Below are positions 1-12,900 of a stretch of 64,000 nucleotides of DNA, in pieces. The position numbers were made by a program, and so were the translations under genes. The stretch is taken from NCBI RefSeq assembly GCF_009914755.1, contig NC_060926.1. One strand, 5' to 3'. The DNA is from the human T2T-CHM13v2.0 reference genome, Homo sapiens. Every line of letters starts with the position of its first letter. Position 1 is the stretch's first letter. The notes under the pieces were generated by a model that was given only the letters and a program-made list of their open reading frames with translations, searched no databases and had not been told where the DNA came from.

Positions 1-211
1 CTTTTCTATAAAACCTAAGTACAGCCCAGTGATATTGTTATACAGATACATATTTTCTCATGGTAATTCAAAGCCATTGCATCTCTCTGCTTTCTTACAA
101 TAATTACTTTAGTTGGGATGGCATAATAAGACTTCTTCTCTAGACCAGCATGGATATTTCCTTAGACCATTGGAGTCAGGTTCAAGGTCAATGGCACCTA
201 CATTCATTAGC

Positions 212-573
212 TGTATTACTCAGTCTTCACACTGCCAATAAAGACATACCCAAAACTGGGTAATTTATAAAGAAAAAGAAGTTTAATGGACTCATAGATC
301 CACTTGGTTGGGGAGGCCTCACAATCATGGCAGAAGACAAAAGGCACATCTTACATAGCTGCAGACAAGAAAGAATGAGAATCAAGTGAAAGGGATTTCC
401 CCTTATAAAACCATCAGCTCTCGTGAGACTTATTCACTACTACCAGAACAGTATGGGGGAAACCGCCCCCATGATTCAATTATCTCCCACCAAGGCCCTC
501 CCACAACACATGGAAATTATGGGAGCTACAATTCAAGATAAGATTTGGGTGCAGACACAGCCAAACCATATCA
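212..573 (-). mobile_element. THE1 (THE1B/C-like) MaLR solo LTR
   Basis: Reverse complement begins TGATATGGTTTGGCTGTGTC...CCCAAATCT; internal THE1 motifs; 5-bp TSD ttagc/ttatc. Confidence 0.93.
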
Positions 574-1538
574 TTATCTAATTGAGAAGAAACACAAGCA
601 TGAGGTATAGCAACCTTAACAGTAGTTGTAAGTTAAAGAGTTGTTTGTCATCATGAATTTAATTTTAGAATATTTACAATCTGCCCTGCTCTGTTAAGTA
701 GGCTCAACAGGTATAACCACTTTGATGCCTATTTATTAGGATCTGTGTATCTCACTCAGTTTCTCTCTCAAAGTCACCAGGGCTAAAAACCAGCCAGTGC
801 ATGCCACCATCTCTTCTGGGTAGGCAGCCAGATATCTAGGAGTTGGTAGCTCCTAGGTAAGCTTTTCTGACCGCAGTTTGGCCAGGCACTCTCATAAGGG
901 AGGCTGCGAACACACGCTCGTGGCCACTTGGCGGCTTCCCCACAAACATCAACTGGAGACTGCATGGTGTGTAACGTCACAGTCCTAGAGTTCTGGGATT
1001 TTACAAAGCAATCTGATAGAGAGCTGATCAAAACAAACCATGAAAGTAAACAATAAGATAAATATACTTGGAGAAATGGGATTAGAACCTATTCGTGAAA
1101 AACAGTTCTCCCTGAAGCAGAGTCCCAGGGCTTTTTTGTCCCGGAATTATCTGATACATTATTGCAGTCTGTAGGAATGACTATAAAGTGTATGATGGTA
1201 AAAATGAGTGAAAACAGCACAAGCCTGCAAGAAACTTCAATTGAATTGAAATACACAGAGGGATTAGGTCAGAGAAAGATAAATGTATCTTTAAGCAGTG
1301 TGTGCCTGAGAAATTATGCATGATCAAAAGTCTTCCCACAGCCCCACTTATGACTAAACATCTTCAGCACAAAGAAAAGTACAAACAGGTACATTTCTGT
1401 ATTGCAAACGGAAATGAATAGTTCTCTATGTTTCTTTACCTTCTTACATTTGTATAGTCCTTTACCGTTTTTTTTTTAAACTTTCACAAACATTATATCC
1501 TTTGATCCTTACAACAATCTGGTGGGTAGGTAAAAGTT

Positions 1539-1559
1539 AAAAAAAAAAAAAAAAAAAAA
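1539..1559 (+). repeat. poly(A) run inside a degraded MIR-like fragment
   Basis: ~21 A, flanked by tttgatccttacaacaatc-type MIR remnant. Confidence 0.8.
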
Positions 1560-1694
1560 GATTTGAGGAAGCCAAGTTGCAGACTTGCTTAAAAGACAGT
1601 GTCCTTGACTCCACTCACCAGCTCACTAAGTTCCAGGCTGCTGGCAGTGGGATGGAGCTGGGCAAGATACATTGTCAGAACAGAAGGCACAAGA

Positions 1695-1760
1695 TGTGTG
1701 TGCATGTGTGTGTGTGTGTGTGTGTGTGTGCATCTGTATGTGTTTGTGTGATGTGTGTGA
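1695..1760 (+). repeat. (TG)n microsatellite, imperfect
   Basis: Seen directly. Confidence 0.95.
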
Positions 1761-2224
1761 TTGCCAACTTTTTGCCTTCCAAAACAAACTCAAAAAATGT
1801 CTGAATTTTCTATGACCTCAAAAGACCTGTTATCTATTTATTCTCCCTTTAACAAAAATAAAATATAGGCATGCAAAGAACATGGTACCATGAATACAGC
1901 CTGGTGTGAAATCTTAGGAAAATGCGAGGAAATAGAATAGTGCTCAACTTTTAGCCAATGTGAGATATGAAAAATATTCATGCAGTACATATTGGTAGAA
2001 TCCATCCAGAGGCACCTGTAAAACAAATTTGGAGAAAGCCCTCTATGTTAGGCCGGTTTTTATTAAACAACTGTTTTTCAAGCTCATGCTCCTCTTTAGG
2101 AATATTTAGGTATTAAAACCTTGATTTCTCTAATATTTAAGGAGCCATTGCCCTTGAGTGTAGATCTGTGTAGACGCAACATTTCATGGCAGACAACCAT
2201 CTATTTTAATTTTACTGTTAAATA

Positions 2225-2830
2225 CAGCTATATTTCCAACTAGACACTTCTATCTGGGTGTCCTTATAAAATGCAAACTTTTAAAACTATTCTCACAATC
2301 GTTTTCCTCAAACTAAGATCTACTATAGCATCTCTTTCAATAAATGGCATAACCACATGCAATCTTCCAAGCTGTAAACCTTGTTCCCTGGTCAGTTTCC
2401 CTTCCTTCTCATCTGCACATCATGTACTCCCATTGATTTCACCTCCATAACATGCCACATATAATTGTCCTTTGCTCTAGCCCCATTGCTGTTATTTCAG
2501 TCCAAGTAAAAAGGTAACAAGGGTCTAGATTCTTCCAGAGGCTCTCTCAGGAACCCATGGGATAAAGTCCCAGGTCCCAACCATGGCCTGCATGGCTCTT
2601 ACTTTATGGTCTAGTTTCCACCTAGTTTTCCAGACTAGGCTACTGAAACCTAATTCCAGCCACACTGAACTTCTTGCAGCTCCCCAAATCCCATAAAGTC
2701 TTATTGCTGTCTATACTTTCGCTCTTTTTTTGTACATTCTGCATAAAATGCACTTTCCCCAGCCCTATCTTCATTTGTTTCAAAATTCAGCTTAAACACC
2801 ACCTCCTCTGTGAAAGCTCCTCAATTCTCA
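2225..2830 (+). mobile_element. L2 LINE fragment
   Basis: L2 3'-region motifs, e.g. ttcagcttaaacaccacctcctctgtgaaag and ccagccacactgaacttcttgcag. Confidence 0.7.
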
Positions 2831-2859
2831 TAGACTCGTATGCCTGATTTTCATCTAGT

Positions 2860-2983
2860 AAATTTTCTTTACTAGATGAAAACTATTCCTACAAAAATGG
2901 AAATTAGATGTTAAGTGTATAAATGATAGGCAGCTTCTTAAGGAGGAAAAAAAGGTGAAAACGAATTTTTAAAGGAAAAAATG
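2860..2983 (+). repeat. Copy 1 of ~120 bp local direct duplication (copy 2 at 4143-4263)
   Basis: aaattttctttactagatgaaaactattcctacaaaa...tttttaaaggaaaaaatg present twice with few differences. Confidence 0.95.
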
Positions 2984-3040
2984 GCATTACTCTTACCTTT
3001 ATGATTATTGTTACTATTATCTGTGGCCTTTTGTTTATAA

Positions 3041-3388
<348 letters not shown>

Positions 3389-3389
3389 C

Positions 3390-3800
3390 CCACTACCAGT
3401 TTAAAAATTATGTACTCTGTTCTTGTTATTTTATTTTTCACCTTTGAAATTTTATTGTGTATGCTTAATAAACTCCAACATAAATTAATATCTTAATCCT
3501 TTTCCTGAACAATACAAGGACTTTAAACCCATTTTAAAGACTCCTAATCCACATATTATTGTTGTCCAGTATTTTAAAAGTAAAATGTTTTTTTCTTTTA
3601 TTCTACAAATCAGTTGCTATTATTATGATTATTTTATGAGACTTTATTGATACATGTTTACCCATTACCGCCCACCAGTTCTTTCTTTTTATTGGCGCAA
3701 TCATTTAATTACATTGCTGAAACCCTGCCATTTTTTAAATACAAAAATGTTTCTATTTCCCTTTATTGTTGAGAAACAGTTGTAAGATAGTGTTACTAAG
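3390..3800 (-). mobile_element. Ancient L1M (L1ME-like) fragment
   Basis: T-rich antisense L1M-like sequence, apparently interrupted by the Alu. Confidence 0.45.
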
Positions 3801-4142
3801 TACTCAATTTTAGGTTGGCAACTAGGTTAGTTAGTAGCCCACATAGACAAGAAAAAAATAAAAGATGGTTTAGTGTGATGATGAAAAAAAATTTTCACCC
3901 TATCCCATTCATCTTGCAATTTACCTTATCACTATTGAGTGAAGGGACGCCTGGTTTGAAGACTATATTGAAGAATAGTTATTGCTGCCTCTGCACCAGT
4001 CTGGAGTGCTGCCTTTAGTAAGCTCCCTAAGACTCAGCGCTGGTACTCTTCCTAGTAGGTTGTCTAACCCACACCTGAACAAGGGCAGCAATGCTCTATT
4101 CACAAAATGTATGCTAATACTATGACGGGAAAATCAGATTCG

Positions 4143-4263
4143 AAATTTTCTTTACTAGATGAAAACTATTCCTACAAAATGGAAATTAAATGTTACTGTA
4201 TAAATGATAGGCAGCTTCTTAAGGAAAAAAAAAGGTGAAAAGGAATTTTTAAAGGAAAAAATG
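4143..4263 (+). repeat. Copy 2 of ~120 bp local direct duplication
   Basis: Matches 2860-2983. Confidence 0.95.
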
Positions 4264-4329
4264 AGAAGTATAGTTAACCAAAGTTGTATACGAATTTTTT
4301 TTTATTTTGGGTTTTCTTTTTTTTTTTTA

Positions 4330-4800
4330 ACAAGTCAGACACCTTTAGATTATTATATCCCATTTAAGTCATCAATCTCACTCTCACAGAGTATGGATAT
4401 CAGGGAGAAATTTCAGAAAAGAATTACAAAGAGTACCTAAGGAAGGGGAAGTTAGAGAATTTTAGGCTAGGAAAGAGATGTCAAAATCACAGCAAGGAGA
4501 TGACTAGTGATTTGAGATATACTAAGAAGTTAATATAAAGGATATTCAAGTTCTCCCCGTCAGTGATAGACCAAAATCAGAGAATATTGTCAAAATCAAA
4601 GAGGAAGAGATTTGGGTTTAGGAAAAAGAGTCGTTTGACTTCTTGAGTGATAAAACTCTGAATGATTACTTAGCAAGGTTATGCAACTTTCCAAGAGGGA
4701 TTGAAAACTGTCTATTTTGAAAGCCTTAAGCACTCAGCTTCCTGCAGGAAGGCACATGCATCATATACCTTCTCAAGAGTACTTCAGTTCTATGAGTTAA
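4330..4800 (+). mobile_element. CR1/L3 LINE 3' fragment
   Basis: Translation LDYYIPFKSS...EKFQKRITK resembles CR1 LEYCVQFWSP...ERVQRRATK; CR1-like 3' end (cagttctatga). Confidence 0.55.
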
Positions 4801-4869
4801 TGGCATTATCTTATATTCATCATATACTTACACAGTGTGCTGAAAAGCACTATAAACTCTATGCTTATT

Positions 4870-5290
4870 TAATACTCTCAAGTTTCTTCTCCAGAGCGAA
4901 AATATCACAACAGGTTTAAACTCTCCTCATAGCAGATATATTTGATGTCTTTAACCATTTTTGTATCCACCAGCCAGACCCTCCTCAATTTCTTAGTAAC
5001 TTCTAATAAATATGGAGCACCAAAAAATACACAGCTCTTCAACAAGATCTCAAGCAATGCCAAGTCAAAATAGGCAGATTACCCCATGGCTTCTGCATGT
5101 CTTACATCTATTAATACATCCTAGAATCATGTTTGCACTTTTAATAACAGCACTAGGCTGCTGACTCACATTCAGTCATGTCTACTTCCTTTGTATGTAC
5201 ATAATTATTCCCTGTCTTGTGTCAGCTTGGTTGGTTTTTATCCGTAATCTCAACCTGTTTAGCTTGGCCACTCTAAATTTTTAAGTTTAT
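4870..5290 (-). mobile_element. CR1/L3 LINE ORF2 fragment
   Basis: Minus strand from 5175 reads LNVSQQPSAVIKSANMILGCINR, matching the CR1 RT C-terminal LNMSQQC..AKKAN.ILGCI.R motif. Confidence 0.8.
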
Positions 5291-5709
5291 TGAATTGCTT
5301 TTCAGGTTTCCCTGTATCAATAACACTGCCAAAATGAGGACTTTGTTTTCTAACTTTCAAATAATCAAGCATAAGGGGAGTTGGGGAAAGTTCGATAATT
5401 TTTTTTTTTTTTCAATTATTTGGGAGGCTCTCTGCTAGCTGTTTAGGGTGAAATAGACCTAGTTCCTGCTTCCTGATAGATCACAGTCTATCAGAGACAG
5501 ATATCAATAAATAGTAAACAAACCCTATATGAGAGGTTCTATGATAGGAGAGGCAGACAGCAACCAGACAAAGGGGGACTGGGCACAGAGAGACTTATGG
5601 AGCTAGACGCTGTGGCTCCATGTTGCAGTGCCACCTGACCTCCAAAGAGAAGGGTACATAAGAGGGAAAGTCTAAAAGTCTGAGAAATTGTACAAATATG
5701 TAAATTAGC

Positions 5710-5885
5710 TCCTTTAATTCTCATGGCAACCCTGTAGGGCAAGTGTTATTATTCCAACTTTCTAGATCAGGAAACAGCAATTTAATAGGGTAGGCAACTT
5801 ATCTGAGGTCACATACCTCCAGCTAATAAGTAACAGAACTGGATTTCCAGTCCAGGTCTATATGACTCCAAAGTCCGTGCATCAG
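5710..5885 (-). mobile_element. MIR SINE
   Basis: tttaattctcatggcaaccctgtagg...caacttatctgaggtcaca...tgactccaaagtcc. Confidence 0.85.
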
Positions 5886-5899
5886 AAGATGCTGCTTTT

Positions 5900-6230
5900 C
5901 AAACATTCCCCCATGTTTCTGATTTACTAACACAAATGTCGCATAGGAAGAAATCTAAAATTTCAGAAGTCCAGATAGTGTCTACTGCTTCCTCTTTACA
6001 TGGCATTCAGTCAAATCGTGACATCAAACTGACTTCATACAAGCTCATCCCAAACTATTCTGGTAACTTCCTGATACTCTGAATTCAGGAAGTCAACTAT
6101 CTGATGACTTGCTGGTTTTGTTTCCAGGTTTCAAAAATATAATAATCCATCCATAATTTTAAGGGCCAATATTTGTTCCAGTTTTTTTAAATGCATCATA
6201 TTTTCCCATCTCAGGGACTTTTTTTTTTAC
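5900..6230 (-). mobile_element. CR1/L3 RT fragment (likely continuation of 4870-5290)
   Basis: Minus-strand gcagtagacactatctggacttc resembles a frameshifted AVD.IYLDF(SKAFD) motif. Confidence 0.5.
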
Positions 6231-6744
6231 GTTTGCGGAGAATATTCTACAATTAATAACAGTGCAAAGCACTCAAGAATTTTAGCAGTAGCTTGAGTAT
6301 CTATTTAGATGGTTCAGTGATCATAGTTTCCTGTCAAAAGCAGGTAGCTAATATTTAATATGTATTTAAATAGGAAAAGGAAACAATCCAGGAAATCAAT
6401 GTAGTACATATAATTAATAAATGATGTCTGAAATTTTATGTTCAATTCCTGTTACTGTCATTCATCCAACAAACACAATGTTTAAGCTAGTTCCTGAAAT
6501 ACTAATAGGTCACTCTGAAAGGTCCTCAGAGTGAAAGTGCACCAACAGCAATAGCTTATCCCAATTCTATACTTGACAGGGCATTGGTTCTCCATCTGCT
6601 TGTTTCTCTGATTTCCTTTGGCTCCAAGGCTGATCCCATTACTAGTAGCATAAGCATATCTGGCTCCTAGAATTGCCTTAATAGATAATATTCTATTCTA
6701 ATAGAGTCCTAGAAACACACTTTACCCTCCTCAAAATATACCAA

Positions 6745-7317
6745 TATGAAATTTAATTTGGTATAACCACATTAGAAAAAATAATATTTACTAAAGCTTA
6801 ACTTATACATGCCCTATAACCCAGCAACAGAAATGCCTACATATGTTCACCCAAAGAGATGCACCAGAATGTTTATAGTAGTGTTATTTGTAATGTACAA
6901 AAGTGGATACTATCCAAATGTCCAACTACAGTAGAATGACTAAGTTGTGCTGTAATCACACAGTGGAATACTTTATTGCAATGGCAATGAATAACTATAT
7001 GTAACAATAGGGATGGATCTCACAAACCTACTGATGAGTGAAAGAAGCTAGATACAAAAGAGTACATATCGTGTGAATCTATTTATGTAAAGAACAAAAA
7101 GAGGCAAAATTATTTTTTTCTTTGGGAAGTCTGGAAAATTGTTACCCTTAAAGAGGAGTAGAAACAGGAAGGAGTTACAAAGAGAGCTTCTAAGATGCTA
7201 GTTAATCTAAGATGCATTATTAATTGGGATGTTGGTTAATCAAATGCATGCACTTTTGTGAAAATTAATTGACTTACTTTTCTATACATATATTATTCTT
7301 CAATAAAAGTTTTTAAA
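6745..7317 (+). mobile_element. L1ME-type 3' end
   Basis: ccaaatgtcca, cagtggaatac, gatctcacaaac...gagtgaaagaagc; terminal caataaaagtttttaaa. Confidence 0.85.
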
Positions 7318-8129
7318 GCCCCTAAAGACTTGAAATGTTAGCTAATTTTGAGAGTATATAATGTCACATGTGGGAGAGAAAAATTTTAAGCAAGGCTCTA
7401 CATTCCAAACAGTATGAACATAAATGTCTATTTCAAGATTGACAGGGATTTCAGAACTCAAGACATTTTCATGCCTCCCTATATGTTGCCCTTAGTCTTT
7501 TTTCTGGCTGTACCTCCTTATTTACTTCCTCTGAACATAAGTAATGTTCCACTTCTGCTCAGAGACTACCCCACACTTGAAGGACATTCCCTGGCCTGTA
7601 AGCTTCGAGAAACCAAGGCACCAGTCTCCAAATATTATTCTTCTGGCTCTAAATGTCCTGCCCTGGTCATGCAATCACCCTTTCTTTCCAGGGCATTCTG
7701 AGGAATCATCCCCACAATGGCCTTTCTCTCTTTGACGTCTTTAGTTTGCCTAACTCATATCTTACTGTGGCAATTAAGAGTGGGGAAGCTAAGCTGTTTC
7801 ACATATTGTACTAAATTCACCCAAAGGCTCACTTGACTTAGATGGCAGATAATACATTGTTTTTTTTTTTCACCATTTCCCAGTAAGGTCACCTCCCCTT
7901 CACAGCTCATTTACAGAATTGACCTTCCTGGGCCTCCAAAGTAGCCAAATTACACCTGCCTCATGTCACCAGCCCCTTCCACATTTCCAGTCCTCTTTGG
8001 TAAATCATTCAGAAGCCCTTCAGCAAGCTGCTTATCTAGAGTGATATGAGGACACTTTTACAACATTAAAAATAGTTTAAATGTATGTTAAGAGAAGCCA
8101 ACATAACTTCACATGGGAAAGAAGAGAAG

Positions 8130-8307
8130 GAATCTAACATTTAGCAAGCACCTACTATGGGCAGAACATTATGTTCAGTACTTTGCCGTATGAGATCTTG
8201 TTTAAGCCTTATACAAACTTATAGCAAGGATATTATAATCTCCCTTTTGCAGATGAGAAAATAGAGCCTTGGAGTTTACGCATATTGCCCCAAATCACAC
8301 ATGTAAG
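8130..8307 (-). mobile_element. MIR SINE
   Basis: ctaacatttagcaagcacctactatg...ttttgcagatgagaaaatagag. Confidence 0.8.
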
Positions 8308-8308
8308 C

Positions 8309-8502
8309 CAAGTATCAGCAAATTTTACGTAAAGATTCAATAAATAATTTAGGCTTTGTGAGTCACACAAGGTCTCTGTCACATATTTGTCTTTATTTCT
8401 TTGGTGGTTTGTAGGCTGGTTTTTACAACCCTTTAAAAATGTAAAAACTGTTCTTAACTCCTTGATTGGATTTGGCCCAATGTTGGTAGTTTATAGACCA
8501 TT
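8309..8502 (+). mobile_element. MER58 (MER58C-like) hAT DNA transposon
   Basis: taggctttgtg...ggtctctgtcacatatt...tttacaaccctttaaaaatgtaaaaac...gatttggccc. Confidence 0.8.
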
Positions 8503-8599
8503 GAAAGATCCCTGTCTCAAGAGGCTGGGGAGAAATATGTAACAAAACACAGGCTCTAGACTTAGTCTGAGTTTAAATCCTAATTCCACCACTTACTCA

Positions 8600-8823
8600 T
8601 GAGCATTTAAGAAGAATTTACAAAGTGCCAGGCAACATTCCAGGTGTTTCACATGTATTCATTTATTTAATCCTCACAACAACTCCATGAGGTAGGTCCT
8701 ATTTTTCTCCCCTTCTACAGAGAAGGAAACAGAGGCCCAGAGTGATTACGTAACATCCAGATTTACACACAGCAAGTAAGCAGTGGAGCCCAGCCATCTG
8801 GCTACAAAGCTCATGCTTTTAAT
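8600..8823 (-). mobile_element. MIR SINE
   Basis: atttaatcctcacaacaactccatgaggtagg...gaaacagaggcccagag. Confidence 0.9.
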
Positions 8824-9769
8824 GATCATGTTAATATTATCAGTCAATCATAAACTACCTGATCAGGACAAGTAAATAGATTAAACTTATACCTCCCCCC
8901 CCACAAAAAAAAAGGGTTTTTAAGTGATTTTCACTGATCTTATTAGTCTTGCAAGAAAAAGACTTAGCAACTGAGACTGTTGCAACTTGGAGTAAAGCAT
9001 CTAGACTCTAGAAGATGCCACCAATGCAAGATTCTACAGGTGTGTCAGGATGCAACGCAGAACCCAGGCAGGGTAATTGTTCCAAGGCAAAAGGATACAC
9101 TAGATTTGCATCCAATTAATCAAGGTCAAAGAAGTCCAAGGTGTGAGCTGGGACTCAAGGTATGAACAGGTGGAGAATCAGGCAGGGAACAATTGGTAGG
9201 CAACCAAATGGGCAAGCAACTGGTATTGGGACCTGTAGCTAAAACATCAGGGTGCCTGGTGGAGGGACTAAGCCCTAGAAATTTGAGATCCCCCATGTCT
9301 TCCCTGAGTGAACAGCAGGACTGACTCAGTGCTGAGCAGGGTGAGTAAGGATAGCTCTTCGGCCTTGTGTCTGCATCACACCCAGGGGTAAAAGTCTAGG
9401 TCAGTTAAGTTCACCTAGTGGAGTTAAAGATCTATAGAGACAGGCACCCAGAAAGACCCTTAAAATACATAAATCTTCAGTTCTTCAAAATCCAAAATAA
9501 CAAATATTGCTATTTATTATTCTTGTAATTAGTCATCTGTGGTTCTTTATCAACCAAGGATAAGAAATACAAAGATTTTTAAAAAGAAAGGAAACTTTGT
9601 GGTCTTGTGTGGTGATGAGTTGTATGGCCTACCAGAGCCTGTGTGATCCACCCCCTAACTTCCCCACATCCTGAGACCCTTTGTGCCGGCTGTCTTCTTT
9701 CCTCAAAATGCTCACTGTTGCCCCCATCTTTATAATTTTTACAATAAGCTTAAATCTTCCACATTTTAT

Positions 9770-9960
9770 TTTATTTTTTTTTTCCCTTGGGCACACATCA
9801 CAATGTTTTAGCTGTTTCTTTGCTTGTTTTAGATTGCTTGATTCTTGCCTGTGTCCCTCACTAGACTGTAAGCTCCATGACAGCAGAGATCCATCTGCTT
9901 GGTTCACTGCAGTAACTCCACCCAGCATTTAGCACAGTACTTGGCTCAATACATTTGCCC
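9770..9960 (+). mobile_element. L2 3' end
   Basis: ctagactgtaagctccatgacagcagaga...cagcatttagcacagtacttggctcaata. Confidence 0.85.
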
Positions 9961-12900
9961 TTGATAATTATCCTTTATGAATAAATTTATATTGGCAGAG
10001 CATTGAAATGGTCTAAATATTATTTCTCCCACCAGACTGAACAAAATTTCCCTGAAGTCAAGAAATATGTACTACAAATTATCTGTCAGTCTTATGTAAC
10101 AATACCAAGAAAATCATAAGGCCTGGGATAAATAGAGTGTCATCACGTTATTTATACCAAAATATGCCCACAAGGTCCCTGGGACAGAGAAGGGACTATA
10201 TAAATAACAAAAAGATTTCGCTGGTAAACAAATAGCAAGAATACTTCTGCCTTTCACACAGTAAACATTATGCTTCTTTCTTTTGCTTGCTGATGAAAAA
10301 AATTTACCAAAGCAATCAGTCCTGTTTTTCCCCTTCTATTTTTTGATTTGAGATGGCTGAAACTTACCAAGTAAACTACCTGGCATCACTGTAGTACTCA
10401 AAGTCCATGGTGTCTCTCACCACTCAAAAAGCAAGGGCATCTTTGGCATTCCAAATGCACATAAAGTAATCAATATAGAAAAAGAACAAATTAATTGAAA
10501 GTTATGTAATCTTATACCCTGAAAAGAACTTGATTAAATCTCCATCCTTTGTAGCGATTTCTAATCTAGGATCCTGCAGGTGTTTACAATCTTTTGTGAG
10601 TTGACCTCAGGTGACCCAAGGATAGTTTTAATTGCTTAGCAAATGTACTTTTACGAACAAGATAAAGATATTGTGAATGCATATAAACTACCTTTGAAAT
10701 ACAGCGAGCCTTTCAAGATGGGATTTTTTAGTTAGCTTGCTACTCTTTCTTTAGAGTCTAATTGATTTTCTTGACATCTCTTTAGCCTGGCAAACTGCCT
10801 GCCTAAGTACTTTATCTGACCTTCAGGCTGCTTGCCAGGTATTGATCCAATACCTACAATGGCTGTGTTGTACCAGCTCTTCTAACTTTGATAAGGGCTA
10901 ATGTACTAGCGCCAGGCAGACAGGAAGTCAATGGTCTCAAAATTTCTCTCATCCTCTTCTATCTTCTAGCTTCCTCTCTTCTTATGCAAGAATTTCAAGT
11001 TCTATCAAGATCAGATCAGATGGACATTTGGGCCCAATTTATCTTCTAGGAATTTTTAAAAATGCATCTTAGAAGAGTTCTCTCCAGGCAACAATAAATG
11101 AAAATGTTGAGAAATATTTGATTTCTTGTTGAAGTTAAAATAATATTGTTACCTGATGGCTTTCCTTTTTGAGGAAAAGTAAAACTAAATATGACTTATG
11201 GGGATGCTTGGAGAGGATGTAGACAACATACATTGTGTCATAGTGAAGAGAAACCAGGTTAGCAATGGGTCTTGAAAATCATGTCATAAGTAAAAAAATG
11301 AAAAGAAATGAGTTTTTTTGTTCATGGGAAGAATAGTATACTTGGGAAGACAAATGTGATAGCACTTTGATATTAATATCTGTGAGTTTAATATAAGTAT
11401 TAATTTGTAGACAGAGCTCAGGTGTTTCATAGCTTGTCTTGACAATAAATTTTAGAAAAGCATTTTCATTGGACCGATGGCCCTGGGCAAACTAGGGAGA
11501 ACCTCTCCAATAAGAACCCCTGATGACTCAGCCCAGGATGAAATCCTTAACTATGGAAAAAAACGAAGGACCTGTAAGCAGAGTCATTGAGATAAGTCCT
11601 TTGGTAAACAGAGAACCTTATTGCGAATATAATTTGTGTTTCAAGGATAACTCGAAATAGATAAGAGTGACTTCCATGGAACAAAAATGTTACTGATGTG
11701 CTTTGTCCTCTGTCATCTAACTTCAAAAAAAGAAAAGAAATGGAAGGATTTAGAGACTTCATAATACCTCTGTATGGAGCAAAATGGTGATGACTGATAC
11801 TACTTTATCTGATCTAGGTTCTTTTGTAGTTTGGAACAGAGAGAGAGAAATTCATACTTAAAAGCAATTCATAAATTAAAATAAATAAACAAAAATGCAC
11901 ATTGCTCCACATAGGCACTTCAGGCCATCTACATACCCAGGCAGCTGAGTGGAGCCAGGGATGGGAAAGGGGCAGAAGATCCCACAGAGCTGGCACAGGT
12001 GGGAGAAATGCAAAGGGTTCTGCCGGTTTGGCTGTGGGTAGGTGGAAGAGGTATGGAGGATTTCACAGGACCAGTGTGCCTAAACCCAAGGAAGCTGTGC
12101 TGAGAAAGGAGCTGCCTGGGTTATTTTAATCTCCACCTATACTCATCATAAGCCATTGAAATTTAGAGTAATTCCTCCTTGCATCAGTTAGGTTCCCCCA
12201 CCCAAACAATATTGCAGGTAGATATGTAGAATAGACTTTTCTGTTGCTCTTAAAACCATGTTAGCTTTTTGCATCTCAAATACTAGCAAACTGGGGCACA
12301 CATCGTCAACCCAGTAGGAGAGGCAAGGGGAATGTCTAAGAAGAGAAGCAATATTTAAGTGAAAGCAGAAGAGTGGTAAACAATGTGAAGGCCCAGAAAT
12401 GCCTTTAGATAATTATACACACAGTGCTGGCTTGGGAGCCAGATATCGACAGACTTTGGGACAAGAAAACTTTGGCCAAATCTATGGCCTCTGAGGAGAA
12501 AATGTTGAATAGAGAAGTCATGAGTGAAAGGTGATGATGGCTCCAGATTGTTTTGTGAATTATCAGTTAAATCAGTCCTGCTATTGGGATCACAATAGTG
12601 TTTGTCTCCAACAGCTGGAGGGCAAAGGGCCTTGAAAACAAGGGGAGGAAATCCACTGAAGTTTGGCACGAAAAAATAGTTCAGGCAAGTACACCTGGGG
12701 AATAAAAATTGCAAAGTGATAAAAGGTCTGAAAATACACTTTTGCTAGGAAGGCAGGAAAGGGTAGCCAATGGGACAGGAAAGTGTGCATGGCAGAGCAC
12801 CAAAATGCTCTTGCTGCAAGCCATGTGGGTCCAACAGACACGCAAGGACTTCATTTGCTTTCTCTATGAAGGATCCATGGGATCTGGATTAAGGTGCAAT

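Noticed and set aside
12380-12550. Possible additional CR1 remnant (DIDRL-like)
   Set aside because: Too diverged to support without an HMM search
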